Of a DNA stretch of 64,000 nucleotides, positions 30,206 through 40,531 are shown piece by piece (position 1 is the first letter of the stretch; each line of letters begins with the position of its first letter). The notes below the pieces were generated by a model. It worked only from the letters and a program-made list of their open reading frames with translations. It ran no database searches and was not told where the DNA came from. The stretch covers positions 4,800,001-4,864,000 of the forward strand of contig OZ252100.1 of assembly GCA_965248435.1 (NCBI GenBank), in the 5' to 3' direction. A program made the translations under genes and the position numbers. Origin of the DNA: Candidatus Latescibacterota bacterium (GTDB lineage Bacteria > Latescibacterota > UBA2968 > GCA-2709665).

Positions 30206-30517
30206 CAGATTCCTCCGATTGCGCGATTTCGATGACGGCTTTGACCCGCTTTTGGTTTGCCTTACTACAACCTACAAAATAAAATTCCGTGCGGCGATCA
30301 AAATCAAATGAGTTGTCTCGGTACGAGCAGGCCACTATGTTCAGGCACAGCCTGCCTCGACTGTCGCCGTTGACGTCAGGAGGCAGTTGGCAGTTTGGTA
30401 AGAGCGGAGTATGGTCGAGCCTCTATCTTGATCCGATCCCATCACCGGCACCCCCGCTCAGACGCAGGGCCGGTGTGAGTCGACCGGACTCAGTCGGGAA
30501 CCTACCAGGAGTCAGAC

Positions 30518-31636
30518 ATGGCCGCCATTGAAGTCATTGACCACCACGTTGTTTACGAGAACCCCCAGCCCCAGAATCGAGCCCGGCACGGTTACTTCCC
30601 CGGTCTGGTGAAGTTAGCTTCGGGTGAGCTGCTGGCTTTGTTCGTTCTGGGTGAAGCGTTCGAAGCGGCCGACGTGACTACGGTAGTGACCCGCTCAAAG
30701 GATCAGGGGAGGACCTGGAACCTGGAAGGGCCCCTGCACCAGAAAGAGGAGGCGCACCGCTACGACTCAGATTACTTGAAGCCGACGTTGCTGAGTAACG
30801 GCAGGCTGATCGCTTTGGGTTATCGTTTCCACCGTACCGATCCCGATCAGACCATCGCCAACACGGACCCGAACTTCGATGGATTACGCGATGGTGACAA
30901 CCTGGTTTCGTTCTCCGACGACGAAGGACAGACCTGGTCACACCCCGAGATCATCCCCCGAACGCGTCCTGAATTGATCGAGCGGTCGGGCCCGGCCATT
31001 CAGCTGCGCAGCGGCGTCTTACTGGGAGCCGGTTCCTTGTTCCCCGGGTGGGATGGCAGCAATCCCAGCGGCTTCGTCGGTGCCCTCCTGCGAAGTGAGG
31101 ACGATGGCAATACCTGGGATGACCGGACCAACTTTTTCGAAGACCCAGCCGGGCGCTATGCGCCGTCGGAGCCAAGATTATGTGAAATGCAAGACGATCG
31201 CATCGTCTCCTTGAACTGGATGATGGATCACATCGAAGGAACGAACACGACCAATCACGTGACGGTGTCCCATAACGGCGGGGCGACCTGGTCGGATCCG
31301 ATCGACACCGGGGTCCGGGCGCAGGCCTCTAATCTGATCTACTGGGCAGACGATCTCCTTTTGACGGTTCATTGCCACCGTGAAGGGGAGGACGTCGGGC
31401 TCTATGTGCGCATCGTTGATTTTTCTGACGACCGCTGGCGCACGGTCGAGGAGACCAAGGTATGGGGAAACGCGCCATCGATGAAGGTGGCCGCTTATTC
31501 GACCATGGGGCAGAACCTGAGATTCGGACAGGCGTCTCTGCTGCGTCTGGACAACGATGAGTTTCTGGCAACTCACTGGGCGATCGAAGAGGGTCAGGGT
31601 CGTATCCGTGCTCACCGGCTTCGCGTCCAGATCTAG
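30518..31636 (+). CDS. Sialidase-like BNR/Asp-box beta-propeller protein
   Basis: Four Asp boxes: SKDQGRTW, SDDEGQTW, SEDDGNTW, SHNGGATW. Confidence 0.85.
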   Translation: MAAIEVIDHHVVYENPQPQNRARHGYFPGLVKLASGELLALFVLGEAFEAADVTTVVTRSKDQGRTWNLEGPLHQKEEAHRYDSDYLKPTLLSNGRLIALGYRFHRTDPDQTIANTDPNFDGLRDGDNLVSFSDDEGQTWSHPEIIPRTRPELIERSGPAIQLRSGVLLGAGSLFPGWDGSNPSGFVGALLRSEDDGNTWDDRTNFFEDPAGRYAPSEPRLCEMQDDRIVSLNWMMDHIEGTNTTNHVTVSHNGGATWSDPIDTGVRAQASNLIYWADDLLLTVHCHREGEDVGLYVRIVDFSDDRWRTVEETKVWGNAPSMKVAAYSTMGQNLRFGQASLLRLDNDEFLATHWAIEEGQGRIRAHRLRVQI

Positions 31637-31700
31637 CCTGTCTTCCTTGTTTCTCCGTGACGTTTTCTCCCCGTGGATGCGCAAAGACTGAGGAAACAGT

Positions 31701-32789
31701 ATGCTCGAACCCAAAGGCAACACGTTCGAAGTCGTCCAGGAATCTGCGCCCAGAAACAGATATCGTGGTGCGGTCGTCGGCTGCGGCCGCATGGGGAGCA
31801 CCATCGACGACGAACACATCGGGATGCCCCACTACCCGTGGCCCTGGGCACACGCGCCTGCGATGATCGAAGCCAGGGGCATCGACCTCATCGCCGCATC
31901 GGACAACGATCCTGCCAAGCTCGAAGACTTCGGTCGGCGCTGGCGCGTCACCGCACGCTACGCCGACTACCGGGACATGGTCGAGAAGGAGCGGCCTGAT
32001 GTCGTCTGCCTGGCCACGAGGCCCGAGCCTCGTGCCGAGATCACGATTGGGCTGGCCGAGCTCGGCGTGAAGGCCATCTTCGCGACCAAGCCGATGTGCC
32101 GCACACTCGCCGAAGCGGACGCGATGATAGAGGCCTGTGTACGGCACGGCACGATTCTCACGATGGCGTGCCATCTCAACTGGTACAGCTACTACACAAG
32201 AGCCAGACAGCTGATTGCCGACGGTGCCATCGGGGCGCTGAAATCGATCGTATGCCACAGTCCGCACAGTCTCTCGAACGGCCAAAGCCATACCTTCGCC
32301 CTCCTCCGGCTCTTCGCCGGCGCCCCCGCCGAATGGGTCTTCGGCATCGTCGAATCCGACGAACTTGCGGAATCGGAGGCTGACATCCCGGGTTCAGGTG
32401 TGATCGTCTACGAGAACGGAGTGCGCGCGATTTTGAATTCGCGATGCGAGGATCGTCTTTTCAGCTGGACGATCGAATTCATCGGAGAATCGGGACGGAT
32501 CGTCTCCCGAAATGCCCACGCGCAGTTCGAGCTATGGACGCCCCACCCGGACTCGGGTGCCCCGACGCAGACCCATCTCCCGGGGCCCTGGCATCCGCGC
32601 AGTTCGATGGTCGATGCCATCGAGGGTGTCTGCCGATCGATCGAGCAGGGCCGCGAAGAGACCTGTCCCGGCGAGTTCGGGCGCGAGGCCTTGGAGATCG
32701 GCATCGCCATCCGCGAATCCCATCGTCGAGGCAACGTCCGCACCGACTTGCCGCTCGAGGATCGGAACCTCGGCATCGGCGGTGCATAG
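31701..32789 (+). CDS. Gfo/Idh/MocA oxidoreductase
   Basis: VVGCGRMG, TKPM. Confidence 0.85.
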   Translation: MLEPKGNTFEVVQESAPRNRYRGAVVGCGRMGSTIDDEHIGMPHYPWPWAHAPAMIEARGIDLIAASDNDPAKLEDFGRRWRVTARYADYRDMVEKERPDVVCLATRPEPRAEITIGLAELGVKAIFATKPMCRTLAEADAMIEACVRHGTILTMACHLNWYSYYTRARQLIADGAIGALKSIVCHSPHSLSNGQSHTFALLRLFAGAPAEWVFGIVESDELAESEADIPGSGVIVYENGVRAILNSRCEDRLFSWTIEFIGESGRIVSRNAHAQFELWTPHPDSGAPTQTHLPGPWHPRSSMVDAIEGVCRSIEQGREETCPGEFGREALEIGIAIRESHRRGNVRTDLPLEDRNLGIGGA

Positions 32790-32845
32790 AAAGCGGAGGG
32801 CACGGATGACGCCGGGTAAAAGCGAGGTCTCATGTAACGTATTTG

Positions 32846-32876
32846 AAAAAGCCCGCCCATTGTGGTGGGCTTTTTT
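32846..32876. terminator. Bidirectional intrinsic terminator
   Basis: AAAAAGCCCGCC..GGTGGGCTTTTTT between convergent genes. Confidence 0.75.
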
Positions 32877-33044
32877 AAGCGTCTTCTAGTAGGTCTCCCA
32901 AACTCCGGGAGGAAGAGCGGCACTAGTCGATGCCGGAGTGAATGCGATTGTGAGCGATCATACTCCCGGGAATCTCAAGTATACCTGTTAAGGCCTTGTC
33001 TCATTGAGGCCACAATACGACACAGATAGTTGATGCATCCCGCG

Positions 33045-33656
33045 TCAGCACCCTGGTCGCCTGAAATCTTTGCGCGCACGCTCAACTTTCTTTCTGATAA
33101 CACAGTCCGCGACATGGTCGTTGATCAGACCCATCGCTTGCATGAAAGCATACGCCGTAGTTGGCCCGACGAATTTCCAGCCCAGCTTTTTCAGCTCCTT
33201 CGACAAAGCAATCGATTCCTGGGAGGTTGAGGCAGTCTGCGGTTCCGCAAGTTTTTTACCGTCCGGTTCGTACCGCCAGACGAAGGCTGCCAGGGAGCCC
33301 TCCCGTTTAACGAGCACCCGGGCCTGCCGAGCATTATTGACTACCGCCTCGATCTTACCGCGGTGGCGGACGATCCCTTCGTCGCTGAGGAGACGCTCGA
33401 TGTCGCGCTGGGCGAACCGGGCGATCCTGTCAAAATCGAAATTGTGGAACGCGGCGCGGAAATTCTCGCGCTTTGCAAGGATGGTGCGCCAACTCAGTCC
33501 CGATTGAAAACCCTCGAGACTCAGTTTCTCGAACAAACGATAATCGTCGCTTACGGGAAAACCCCACTCAGCGTCATGATAGGCCAAAAACTCCGGCGCG
33601 GCACCGCACCAGCGGCAACGCGGTTTTCCGTCGGGGCCACCAATCGTCAAGCTCAT
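33045..33656 (-). CDS. tag: DNA-3-methyladenine glycosylase I
   Basis: YHDAEWG, LEGFQSGLSW, GIVRHRGKI, FVGPTTAYAFMQAMG..NDH. Confidence 0.93.
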   Translation of the reverse strand: MSLTIGGPDGKPRCRWCGAAPEFLAYHDAEWGFPVSDDYRLFEKLSLEGFQSGLSWRTILAKRENFRAAFHNFDFDRIARFAQRDIERLLSDEGIVRHRGKIEAVVNNARQARVLVKREGSLAAFVWRYEPDGKKLAEPQTASTSQESIALSKELKKLGWKFVGPTTAYAFMQAMGLINDHVADCVIRKKVERARKDFRRPGC

Positions 33657-33817
33657 AGGCCCATCGTCCTCGATTAGACGGTGAAGTTAAGGGGACCTAT
33701 TTGCGTCGAAAAGAACACTCACGCGAACAGTTGGAGAGGCTTGCAACTTCTGCATACGTCGCAACCTATTTCCCTGCTTCATTCCTGCAATCTTGGGCGG
33801 ATAAACCTACTCAGTCG

Positions 33818-34549
33818 CTAGAGCATCAGGCCACCACTGCTCTGCAGCACCTGGCCGGTGATCCACGACGCGTCGTCGCTCGCCAGGAACACCACCGCTC
33901 GGGCGATATCCTCAGGTTCGCCAATGCGACCGAGAGGTGTTTGAGCGATCATGCCATCGATCATTTCCTGAGGCGCGATGGCGATTATGTCTGTTTTCGT
34001 CACGCCCGGGGCGACCGAGTTGACGCGGATACCTTGCGGACCAAGCTCCACCGCCAAAGCCGAAGTGATGCGCTCCATCGCGGCCTTCGAGCCCGCATAC
34101 GCCGCGGTACCAGGCATCGACGCCTGGGCAATCGTCGAGGAGATGTTGACGACCGCGCCACCAGTTTTGGAAAGGGAGGGGATTGCCTCACGGGTGGTGA
34201 TCAACACGCCTTCCACGTTGACAGCAAAGGTTTGTTGGATCGCGTCGTCGCCGAGTTCGACCAGAGGCCCCAATACGCCCATCCCTGCGTTGTTGACGAG
34301 GATGTCAAGGCGCTCGAACTGTTCGATGACGAAGCGAACCACATTGGCCGGCGCGCCCTTCTCGGTGACGTCCGATGCAATGTAGCGAACCGCATCCGGA
34401 AATTCGGCGGCGAGCTGCGCGAGTGGCTCCTCCCGGCGACCGGTGACGACCACCCTGGCTCCTTCGGTGACCAGAGCTTTTGCGACGGCTCGACCAATGC
34501 CGGTGCCTCCGCCGGTGATGAGTGCGACCTTATTCGTGAATCGTGACAT
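33818..34549 (-). CDS. SDR family oxidoreductase
   Basis: TGGGTGIG, NNAG, YAGSK. Confidence 0.93.
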   Translation of the reverse strand: MSRFTNKVALITGGGTGIGRAVAKALVTEGARVVVTGRREEPLAQLAAEFPDAVRYIASDVTEKGAPANVVRFVIEQFERLDILVNNAGMGVLGPLVELGDDAIQQTFAVNVEGVLITTREAIPSLSKTGGAVVNISSTIAQASMPGTAAYAGSKAAMERITSALAVELGPQGIRVNSVAPGVTKTDIIAIAPQEMIDGMIAQTPLGRIGEPEDIARAVVFLASDDASWITGQVLQSSGGLML

Positions 34550-34789
34550 GTTTTTCCTTTGTAAAGGGTGATTGTGTTGTTGATCTGGCGTTGTTCGGTG
34601 TTCTTAGGAACTCCGCGCAGACCCCGTACTCCCGTCATCTCACAAGATTCTTTGGCGATCAAGATCCTGAATTCGTGACCGTTCGTGCCCTTGCACCGGA
34701 ATCGACGGTCTTGGATGGCGGTGAAGCGGATATGTCCCGATGCAAGTGATAACTGGAACCGTAATGGATCCGTATTCGCTGAATTTTTC

Positions 34790-35215
34790 CTAGCTGATCC
34801 AACCCTTGCTCTCGGCCAACTTCGAATACCAGATCAAAAACGCCGCCACCACCAGCGGCATCAGGATAATTCCCAAGATCTCGCCGAGACCGAAGTCGAT
34901 ACCGACGCCAAGGGTATGGATCATTGTCGCAATCATGGCAAGTAACGACGCGATAAACAAATAGTACGCAGCCGACTTCCTGAGCAGAAGAAGAACGCAG
35001 CCAAGCGCACCGCCGAAAACGGCTATTGCAAAAGCTCCGGTGGCCCATGCGGGTCGGCCTTCAATTATCGCGCGCTCGGACTCGCGATATGCAGCGACCA
35101 CATCTGGATTCATCTGCACGAAGAAATTTATGACCCCCATAACATTCCAGATCAGCGCGACTGCGCCGATTGTCCAGAAACTCCAGCGAACACCACCAAC
35201 GGTCTCATCGTTCAT
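34790..35215 (-). CDS. 4-TM membrane hypothetical protein
   Basis: Four hydrophobic segments; LIWNVMG, PAWATGAFAIAVFGG. Confidence 0.75.
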   Translation of the reverse strand: MNDETVGGVRWSFWTIGAVALIWNVMGVINFFVQMNPDVVAAYRESERAIIEGRPAWATGAFAIAVFGGALGCVLLLLRKSAAYYLFIASLLAMIATMIHTLGVGIDFGLGEILGIILMPLVVAAFLIWYSKLAESKGWIS

Positions 35216-35362
35216 CGCATCCCCCAATTAGTTATGTTTTTCAATTCTCTAAATAAAAAGACTAGTCCTTAATCCCGCACGATGTAGGATTATTCCGCAT
35301 TTAAAGCTTTTCTGATTTTCATCAACTCTGATGCATCGCTAAATGGACCCGATTGTCGGGTG

Positions 35363-35938
35363 CTATGGAGTCTTCACTCCCTGAATCTCAGTCAGGAGTT
35401 TGCCATCATCAGGTGAGACGACCGCGTAGCAGGGGAGTGAGAACTGCTTCCATAACTCTAGAGGATCTCGATTCAGGCGTGCGCCGAGATATAGTGCAAG
35501 CACTGTACCGTGCGTGACGATCACGGGCTGGCTAAATCCTCCGGAGCCAAGGACGAACTCCAGTCCGCGACAGAATCGCTCCCGTGCTTTGAGTGCTGAC
35601 TCTTTTCCAAACACAAGTTCGTCAGGTTTTTCGAAAAAGGCTGCAATCCTCTTCTCGAACTCCTTCGCCGAGGGGAAGAAGGGCACGTTGCTCCGGTCGT
35701 GTTCAGAAAGCTCCGCAACCTCCGTACACGATACATTAAGCCTGTTTCCCAGGATCTCGCCAGTCTCAATGGCCTTGGGTTCAGTACTTGTAAAGACCCT
35801 ATCCGGGGCAAACGCTGAAAGATCCTCTGCCAACGCTTGACAGAGGCACCGTCCCTCAGCGGACAGTGACCAGCGGTTTGAAGGTACCTCTGGTTGTATC
35901 TGAGGCTTGGAATGGCGGACGAAGATTAGTTTCTCCAT
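35363..35938 (-). CDS. Histidine phosphatase family protein
   Basis: FVRHS, IVTHG. Confidence 0.85.
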   Translation of the reverse strand: MEKLIFVRHSKPQIQPEVPSNRWSLSAEGRCLCQALAEDLSAFAPDRVFTSTEPKAIETGEILGNRLNVSCTEVAELSEHDRSNVPFFPSAKEFEKRIAAFFEKPDELVFGKESALKARERFCRGLEFVLGSGGFSQPVIVTHGTVLALYLGARLNRDPLELWKQFSLPCYAVVSPDDGKLLTEIQGVKTP

Positions 35939-36405
35939 TTGCTCTTTAGTCTATGCATTAACAGCGCCAGACTTTCGCCCTGTATCTTGAAAATATGATC
36001 TATTGTAGATTATCTTGGTTCGAAGAAGGTCTGGGGAGGCCGGATTGCGCTTGAAGGCATTGACCTTGGACGTTAGATAGGCCCTCCGCCTTCTTGGCCC
36101 ATTCCGAGGAGTATCCGAGACCCGCGAGTCTGTATTACGAGGCAGGTAGGTCAGGTGCAAGGTCGGGGGACCAGAGGTACAGATAAGGAGGGAGAGATCA
36201 TGAAGCAAGAGAATCTGTTGGGGGGGTAGACGTCTCGAGTGGGTGGGGTCGTCTCGGGAAGCCGGGGGTGCCGGAGGCCGAGGGAGCCCAGCGACTGAAG
36301 CACAAACCACACGTCACACGCTGGCGGCGCCCCCTTCAAGGTGAAGCCATTCCAGGGGCGAAAGGTGCACACCGTAGACAATAATTTTCTGCTTTTTGGT
36401 TTTGA

Positions 36406-36570
<165 letters not shown>

Positions 36571-36814
36571 TCTCGGCGGCTAGGTCCTTCGAGCACTTGG
36601 ATCTGGAAGAACGTCGACATGGAGGTCGGCGAACGCACCGTGCGGGCTGTCCGCAACGGCGGCTGACCTCGGCTGACCTCGGAGTCCCCGGTTTGGTGAC
36701 GGGTTCGCAAACTCCTTGCTTCGATTGTGCCCCCTTCGCGCCTTGACCAAGACATACAAGTAATCTACCATAGCTGCCATGATCCGTGCATGGCTCGCGA
36801 CAAGGAGACACTTC

Positions 36815-38854
36815 ATGCAGACAGCCGTAGTCCAAAAACCGGACGTGAACGGGTCGAACCAATACTATCCCACGAGCCGCCCGCCCCTCGTTCCGAGTCC
36901 TTTCGCTAAACTTCCTCTTGGGAGCATACGCCCACGCGGGTGGCTCCGCCATCAGCTCGACCTGATGACAGACGGAATGGTAGGACGCATAGACGAGGTG
37001 AGTGAGTATATCCAGGAAGACAGCAGTTGGCTCACGCCGGAGAGCGACAAAGGAACCGAACAGGTACCCTACTGGCTTCGAGGATTCTACCCTCTGGCGG
37101 TACTAACGCACAACGAACGCCTTCAAGAAGAGTCTCATAAATGGATCGACGCCGCCTTTGCCAGCCAGCAGCAGAGCGGCTACTTCGGTCCCGCCAAGTT
37201 CACCTCCGCGTTGCGCGACGGTTTCGGAAGCAGTCTTACCATACAGGCATTGATGATGGATTCTGTTACCCAACATTGCGAATACACAAGAGATGATCGG
37301 GTCATTCCTTTCATGACGCGTTTTTTCGAATATTGTCGCGATCTACCTGATACGGAGTTTGTCCCTTATGGGCGGACTATTGACCAACGCCGCCCATGCG
37401 AAATGGTGGAGCACATTCACTGGCTTTACAACGCAACGGGCGATGGCTGGCTGCTCGATCTTGCCGCGCGTTTTTTCAGACGTTTCCCCCACACAACTGA
37501 TCCGTGGCCCGGCCGTGAAAGGATGCTCAGTCCGAACGTAAAAGAGCGGCCGATACGGTATCGCACCGATGAGTGGCTCGCCCACCACGTGGTGGACTTC
37601 ACGCACCGCTACCGGTACCCGGGCACATACTATGCCCAATCTCATGCCTCATGGCATCTCGCGGCCTCGGAATACTGGTACAATCAGCACTTGGGGACCT
37701 GGGGACAGCCAAGAGGCATTTTCGGAGCGGACGAAGTGATCCGTTCTACCTATACCGATCCTCGTCAGGGGTGCGAAACCTGCGCTCTCGTCGAGTTCAA
37801 CAAGGGATTCTTCATACTGGGGCGCATCACCGGCGATGCGAAGTACGCAGACCGATGCGAAGACATCACGTTCAACCATTTCCCCGTTTCGCACGCTCCG
37901 GATCTCAAAGGTCTCAAGTACCTGACGGCGTCGAACCAGCCTCAACTGGACGCTTCGAACAAACACGAATACGCCAACGTTGCAGCGAGCAAGCTTCATA
38001 CGCTGAGATACTCTCCCCATCAGATCTACCACTGCTGTCAGCACAATGCGGCGATGGGCTGGCCCTGGTACGCACAGAATCTGTGGCAGGCAACAGCAGA
38101 CAACGGTTTGGCGGCGTGGATGTACGCCGCTTCGGAGGTGACCGCAAGGGTGGGATCGCAAGGCGCTGCAGTCACCATTGAACAAGAGACAGAGTATCCT
38201 TTCAGAGGCTCGATTCGGATGAATCTTACGGCTTCTGAGCCAGTCGAGTTTCCGCTTTACCTTCGGGTACCGCAATGGTGCAACGGTTTCGTTGTTCTGG
38301 TGAACGGTAAGACGGTCGACATCGAGGCAGAGCCGCGAATGTATGTCCGAATGATGCGTGTCTGGGCGAGCGGAGATACGCTCGAAATCAAGATGGCGAT
38401 GGAGTTAGGGTTGACAGAATGGCCGAGGAACGGCAGCGTGACTGTAGACCGTGGGCCGCTGAGCTACTCGGTGAGGATCGAGGAAGAGTGGAGGCGATGC
38501 GGAGGTACGGATGAATGGCCTGAGTGGGAGGTGTTTCCTCGAGGCCCGTGGAACTACGGGCTGGTCATAGACCGTGAGAATCCGGCAGAATCCTTGGAGG
38601 TGACGCAGACAGAGTGCTTGTCCGACCAACCTTGGACGGTCGAGGCTTCGCCGGTTGAAATCAGAGCAAAGGCTAAGCGTATTCCTGACTGGAAGCTCGA
38701 GAACGAAACCGTTCAAGAGCTCAGACCGAGTCCGATTAAGTCGGATGAGCCTGAGGAGGTGATCAGGATGGTACCTCTGGGATGTGCCCGGCTGCGGATC
38801 TCTTGTCTTCCCACCGTTGGAAGCGGACTTGAGGCGAGAGAATGGGAAGTCTAG
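36815..38854 (+). CDS. GH127/GH146 beta-L-arabinofuranosidase-like protein
   Basis: LPLGSIRPRGWL, GCETC, CCQHN, TEYPF, LRVPQW, RGPL; AGGAG RBS. Confidence 0.85.
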   Translation: MQTAVVQKPDVNGSNQYYPTSRPPLVPSPFAKLPLGSIRPRGWLRHQLDLMTDGMVGRIDEVSEYIQEDSSWLTPESDKGTEQVPYWLRGFYPLAVLTHNERLQEESHKWIDAAFASQQQSGYFGPAKFTSALRDGFGSSLTIQALMMDSVTQHCEYTRDDRVIPFMTRFFEYCRDLPDTEFVPYGRTIDQRRPCEMVEHIHWLYNATGDGWLLDLAARFFRRFPHTTDPWPGRERMLSPNVKERPIRYRTDEWLAHHVVDFTHRYRYPGTYYAQSHASWHLAASEYWYNQHLGTWGQPRGIFGADEVIRSTYTDPRQGCETCALVEFNKGFFILGRITGDAKYADRCEDITFNHFPVSHAPDLKGLKYLTASNQPQLDASNKHEYANVAASKLHTLRYSPHQIYHCCQHNAAMGWPWYAQNLWQATADNGLAAWMYAASEVTARVGSQGAAVTIEQETEYPFRGSIRMNLTASEPVEFPLYLRVPQWCNGFVVLVNGKTVDIEAEPRMYVRMMRVWASGDTLEIKMAMELGLTEWPRNGSVTVDRGPLSYSVRIEEEWRRCGGTDEWPEWEVFPRGPWNYGLVIDRENPAESLEVTQTECLSDQPWTVEASPVEIRAKAKRIPDWKLENETVQELRPSPIKSDEPEEVIRMVPLGCARLRISCLPTVGSGLEAREWEV

Positions 38855-38910
38855 TCACGGATTCTCAATCGCGGGCTCGAGGCCGGCCCTAGACGCGGAT
38901 CTCGCTCACC

Positions 38911-39078
38911 CATGTGACCGAATGCCCGGTTTACGAGGGCAAGATGAAGATCATCGCCGCACTCACCGAGCCCCTGGCCATTCGGACCTACCTCGACGGG
39001 GTCGGTCTGGCCTCGTGTCCGCCACCCATCGCACCTCCACGCCCTCTCCCTCAGACTGAATTCGAATACGCGGGCTAA
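38911..39078 (+). pseudogene. C-terminal remnant of an IS91/ISCR-like transposase
   Basis: ECPVYEGKMKIIAALTEPLAIRTYLDGVGLASCPPPIAPPR resembles the CPxCGGxMRIIA..IL..LGL..PP..PAR tail. Confidence 0.7.
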
Positions 39079-39172
39079 ACCCCCGCCTCTACCTTCGACG
39101 CCTTGCGCGTGACCGGGGAGAAGTAATATGGAGTTTGATCAGGACTCAGCCCGTACCGGGTGTGCGATGAAC

Positions 39173-39304
39173 GGCTAACGTCCCCGCGGGCTGCGAACTG
39201 CCAAGCAACCGCCGTGACAGAGGCAAGGTTGCCGGAGGCCGGAGGGAGCCCTTCGGCAGGCTCAGGGTAAACTCCGCGACTGGAGCGCAAAGCCCGTGTT
39301 TTAG
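39173..39304 (-). other. attC-like site 3 (carries a REP-like insert)
   Basis: Minus strand CTAAAAC-a-CGGGCTttGCG...CGCAGCCCG-cggggac-GTTAGCC, starting at the methyltransferase stop codon. Confidence 0.65.
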
Positions 39305-40068
39305 CTTTGTGAGTTCTTCAGATATGTGACGGGACCTCCGAAGAGAAATATCCCTTTCGGAGTCTTGAAAAAAGGTTCCAGGTCGGAAAGCAGTAAAGCT
39401 CTAACATCATCGATCCTCTCGTTGCCCTGTTCCACAGCTGCAATACAGTTAGTCTGGGTCAATATATAATCCACGAGCGCATCTCGCGAGAAGTTGACTT
39501 CGTTCGTGTAGTGTTCTTTACCCAGAAAATCGAAACCTTCGCGGTTTGCATCTTCTTCTTCAAAAGGTTGACGATTCCGTGGAGGGGTCGGGTACCGCTT
39601 CAGATGCACTTCGTACACCCATTCTTCAAAGTCGGGGTTCTCTGCCATTTTCCCACTGAAACTGTTATTGTAGATCACGAGATACCCGTGGCTTTTCAAG
39701 AGCCTACGTGCCTCTGAAAGAAACCTGGAACGGTCAAGCCAATGGAAAGCAAGCGCAACAGTGATCATATCGAACGAACTATCAGGTAGCGGTATTTCCT
39801 CGGCAGGAGCAACGTAATAGGTAATGCGATCATCCTTTGTGGCAAGGTCTATCATCTCCGAGGATGAATCTATTCCTACGATATTTTTGACGATTTCCTT
39901 GAGAGCCACACAAGATCGTCCTGTCCCGCATGCCACGTCCAGGGCTACTTCCAAAGGATCTGTTAGATTCAGGTAACTCTTGATCATCCCGATAACCAGA
40001 GGATGAAAATATGGCCGAGCCGCCGCATATCTTTTGGCGGCAGTCATATGATCGAAATGACCTGCCAT
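39301..40068 (-). CDS. Class I SAM-dependent methyltransferase (cassette-like)
   Basis: ALDVACGTG, FDMITVALAFHW; more AT-rich than core genes. Confidence 0.88.
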   Translation of the reverse strand: MAGHFDHMTAAKRYAAARPYFHPLVIGMIKSYLNLTDPLEVALDVACGTGRSCVALKEIVKNIVGIDSSSEMIDLATKDDRITYYVAPAEEIPLPDSSFDMITVALAFHWLDRSRFLSEARRLLKSHGYLVIYNNSFSGKMAENPDFEEWVYEVHLKRYPTPPRNRQPFEEEDANREGFDFLGKEHYTNEVNFSRDALVDYILTQTNCIAAVEQGNERIDDVRALLLSDLEPFFKTPKGIFLFGGPVTYLKNSQS

Positions 40069-40086
40069 TGGTTATTCTCTTTCCCC

Positions 40087-40121
40087 TTCCGCAGCCGGTC
40101 GTGCTATGCGGCTGTGTTGTG
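40087..40121 (-). other. Degenerate/truncated attC-like site
   Basis: ACACAAC (complements the GTTGTG start of this cassette) then a CAGCCG..CGGCTG hairpin; no downstream GTT. Confidence 0.4.
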
Positions 40122-40161
40122 TTTTTGCTATCCACGGAACAATTGAGGCGGCCAATTCGTC

Positions 40162-40452
40162 TCAATTGAGAAGTGAGCTAACGTCAGCGATAGCTTCCGG
40201 CAATTTTCGAATCTGACTTTCCAGATCCCATCTGCGTATCAGGGAACCCTTGACTCTTCCAGGTTTTTCCACGTAGAAAGACAGCTTGTCAGCATAATAG
40301 ACTGCCCAGACTAGCCCGAATGTTTCCCTCTCAGCCTGGGAAAGTTGTCGCTCAGAAAGATACCCCTCGAAGAAAGTCTTCATCTCTTCTTTGTGAAGTG
40401 GTCTTCCGTTCCCCTTCGTATCCGTCGTACGTATACGAAGTGATGTCATCAC
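40162..40452 (-). pseudogene. Probable gene fragment (resembles a phosphotransferase C-terminus)
   Basis: FFEGYLSERQLSQAERE motif; no convincing start. Confidence 0.35.
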
Positions 40453-40531
40453 GAGACTTTCCTGTGGCCGTCGGTCCTTAAGGCGAACAATGGGCAGAAA
40501 TCCTATATCATCAGCATTGAGCCTTGAACGA

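Noticed and set aside
35951-36310. 119-aa minus-strand ORF as a real gene
   Set aside because: Low-complexity Pro/Arg-rich translation with no RBS or family motif
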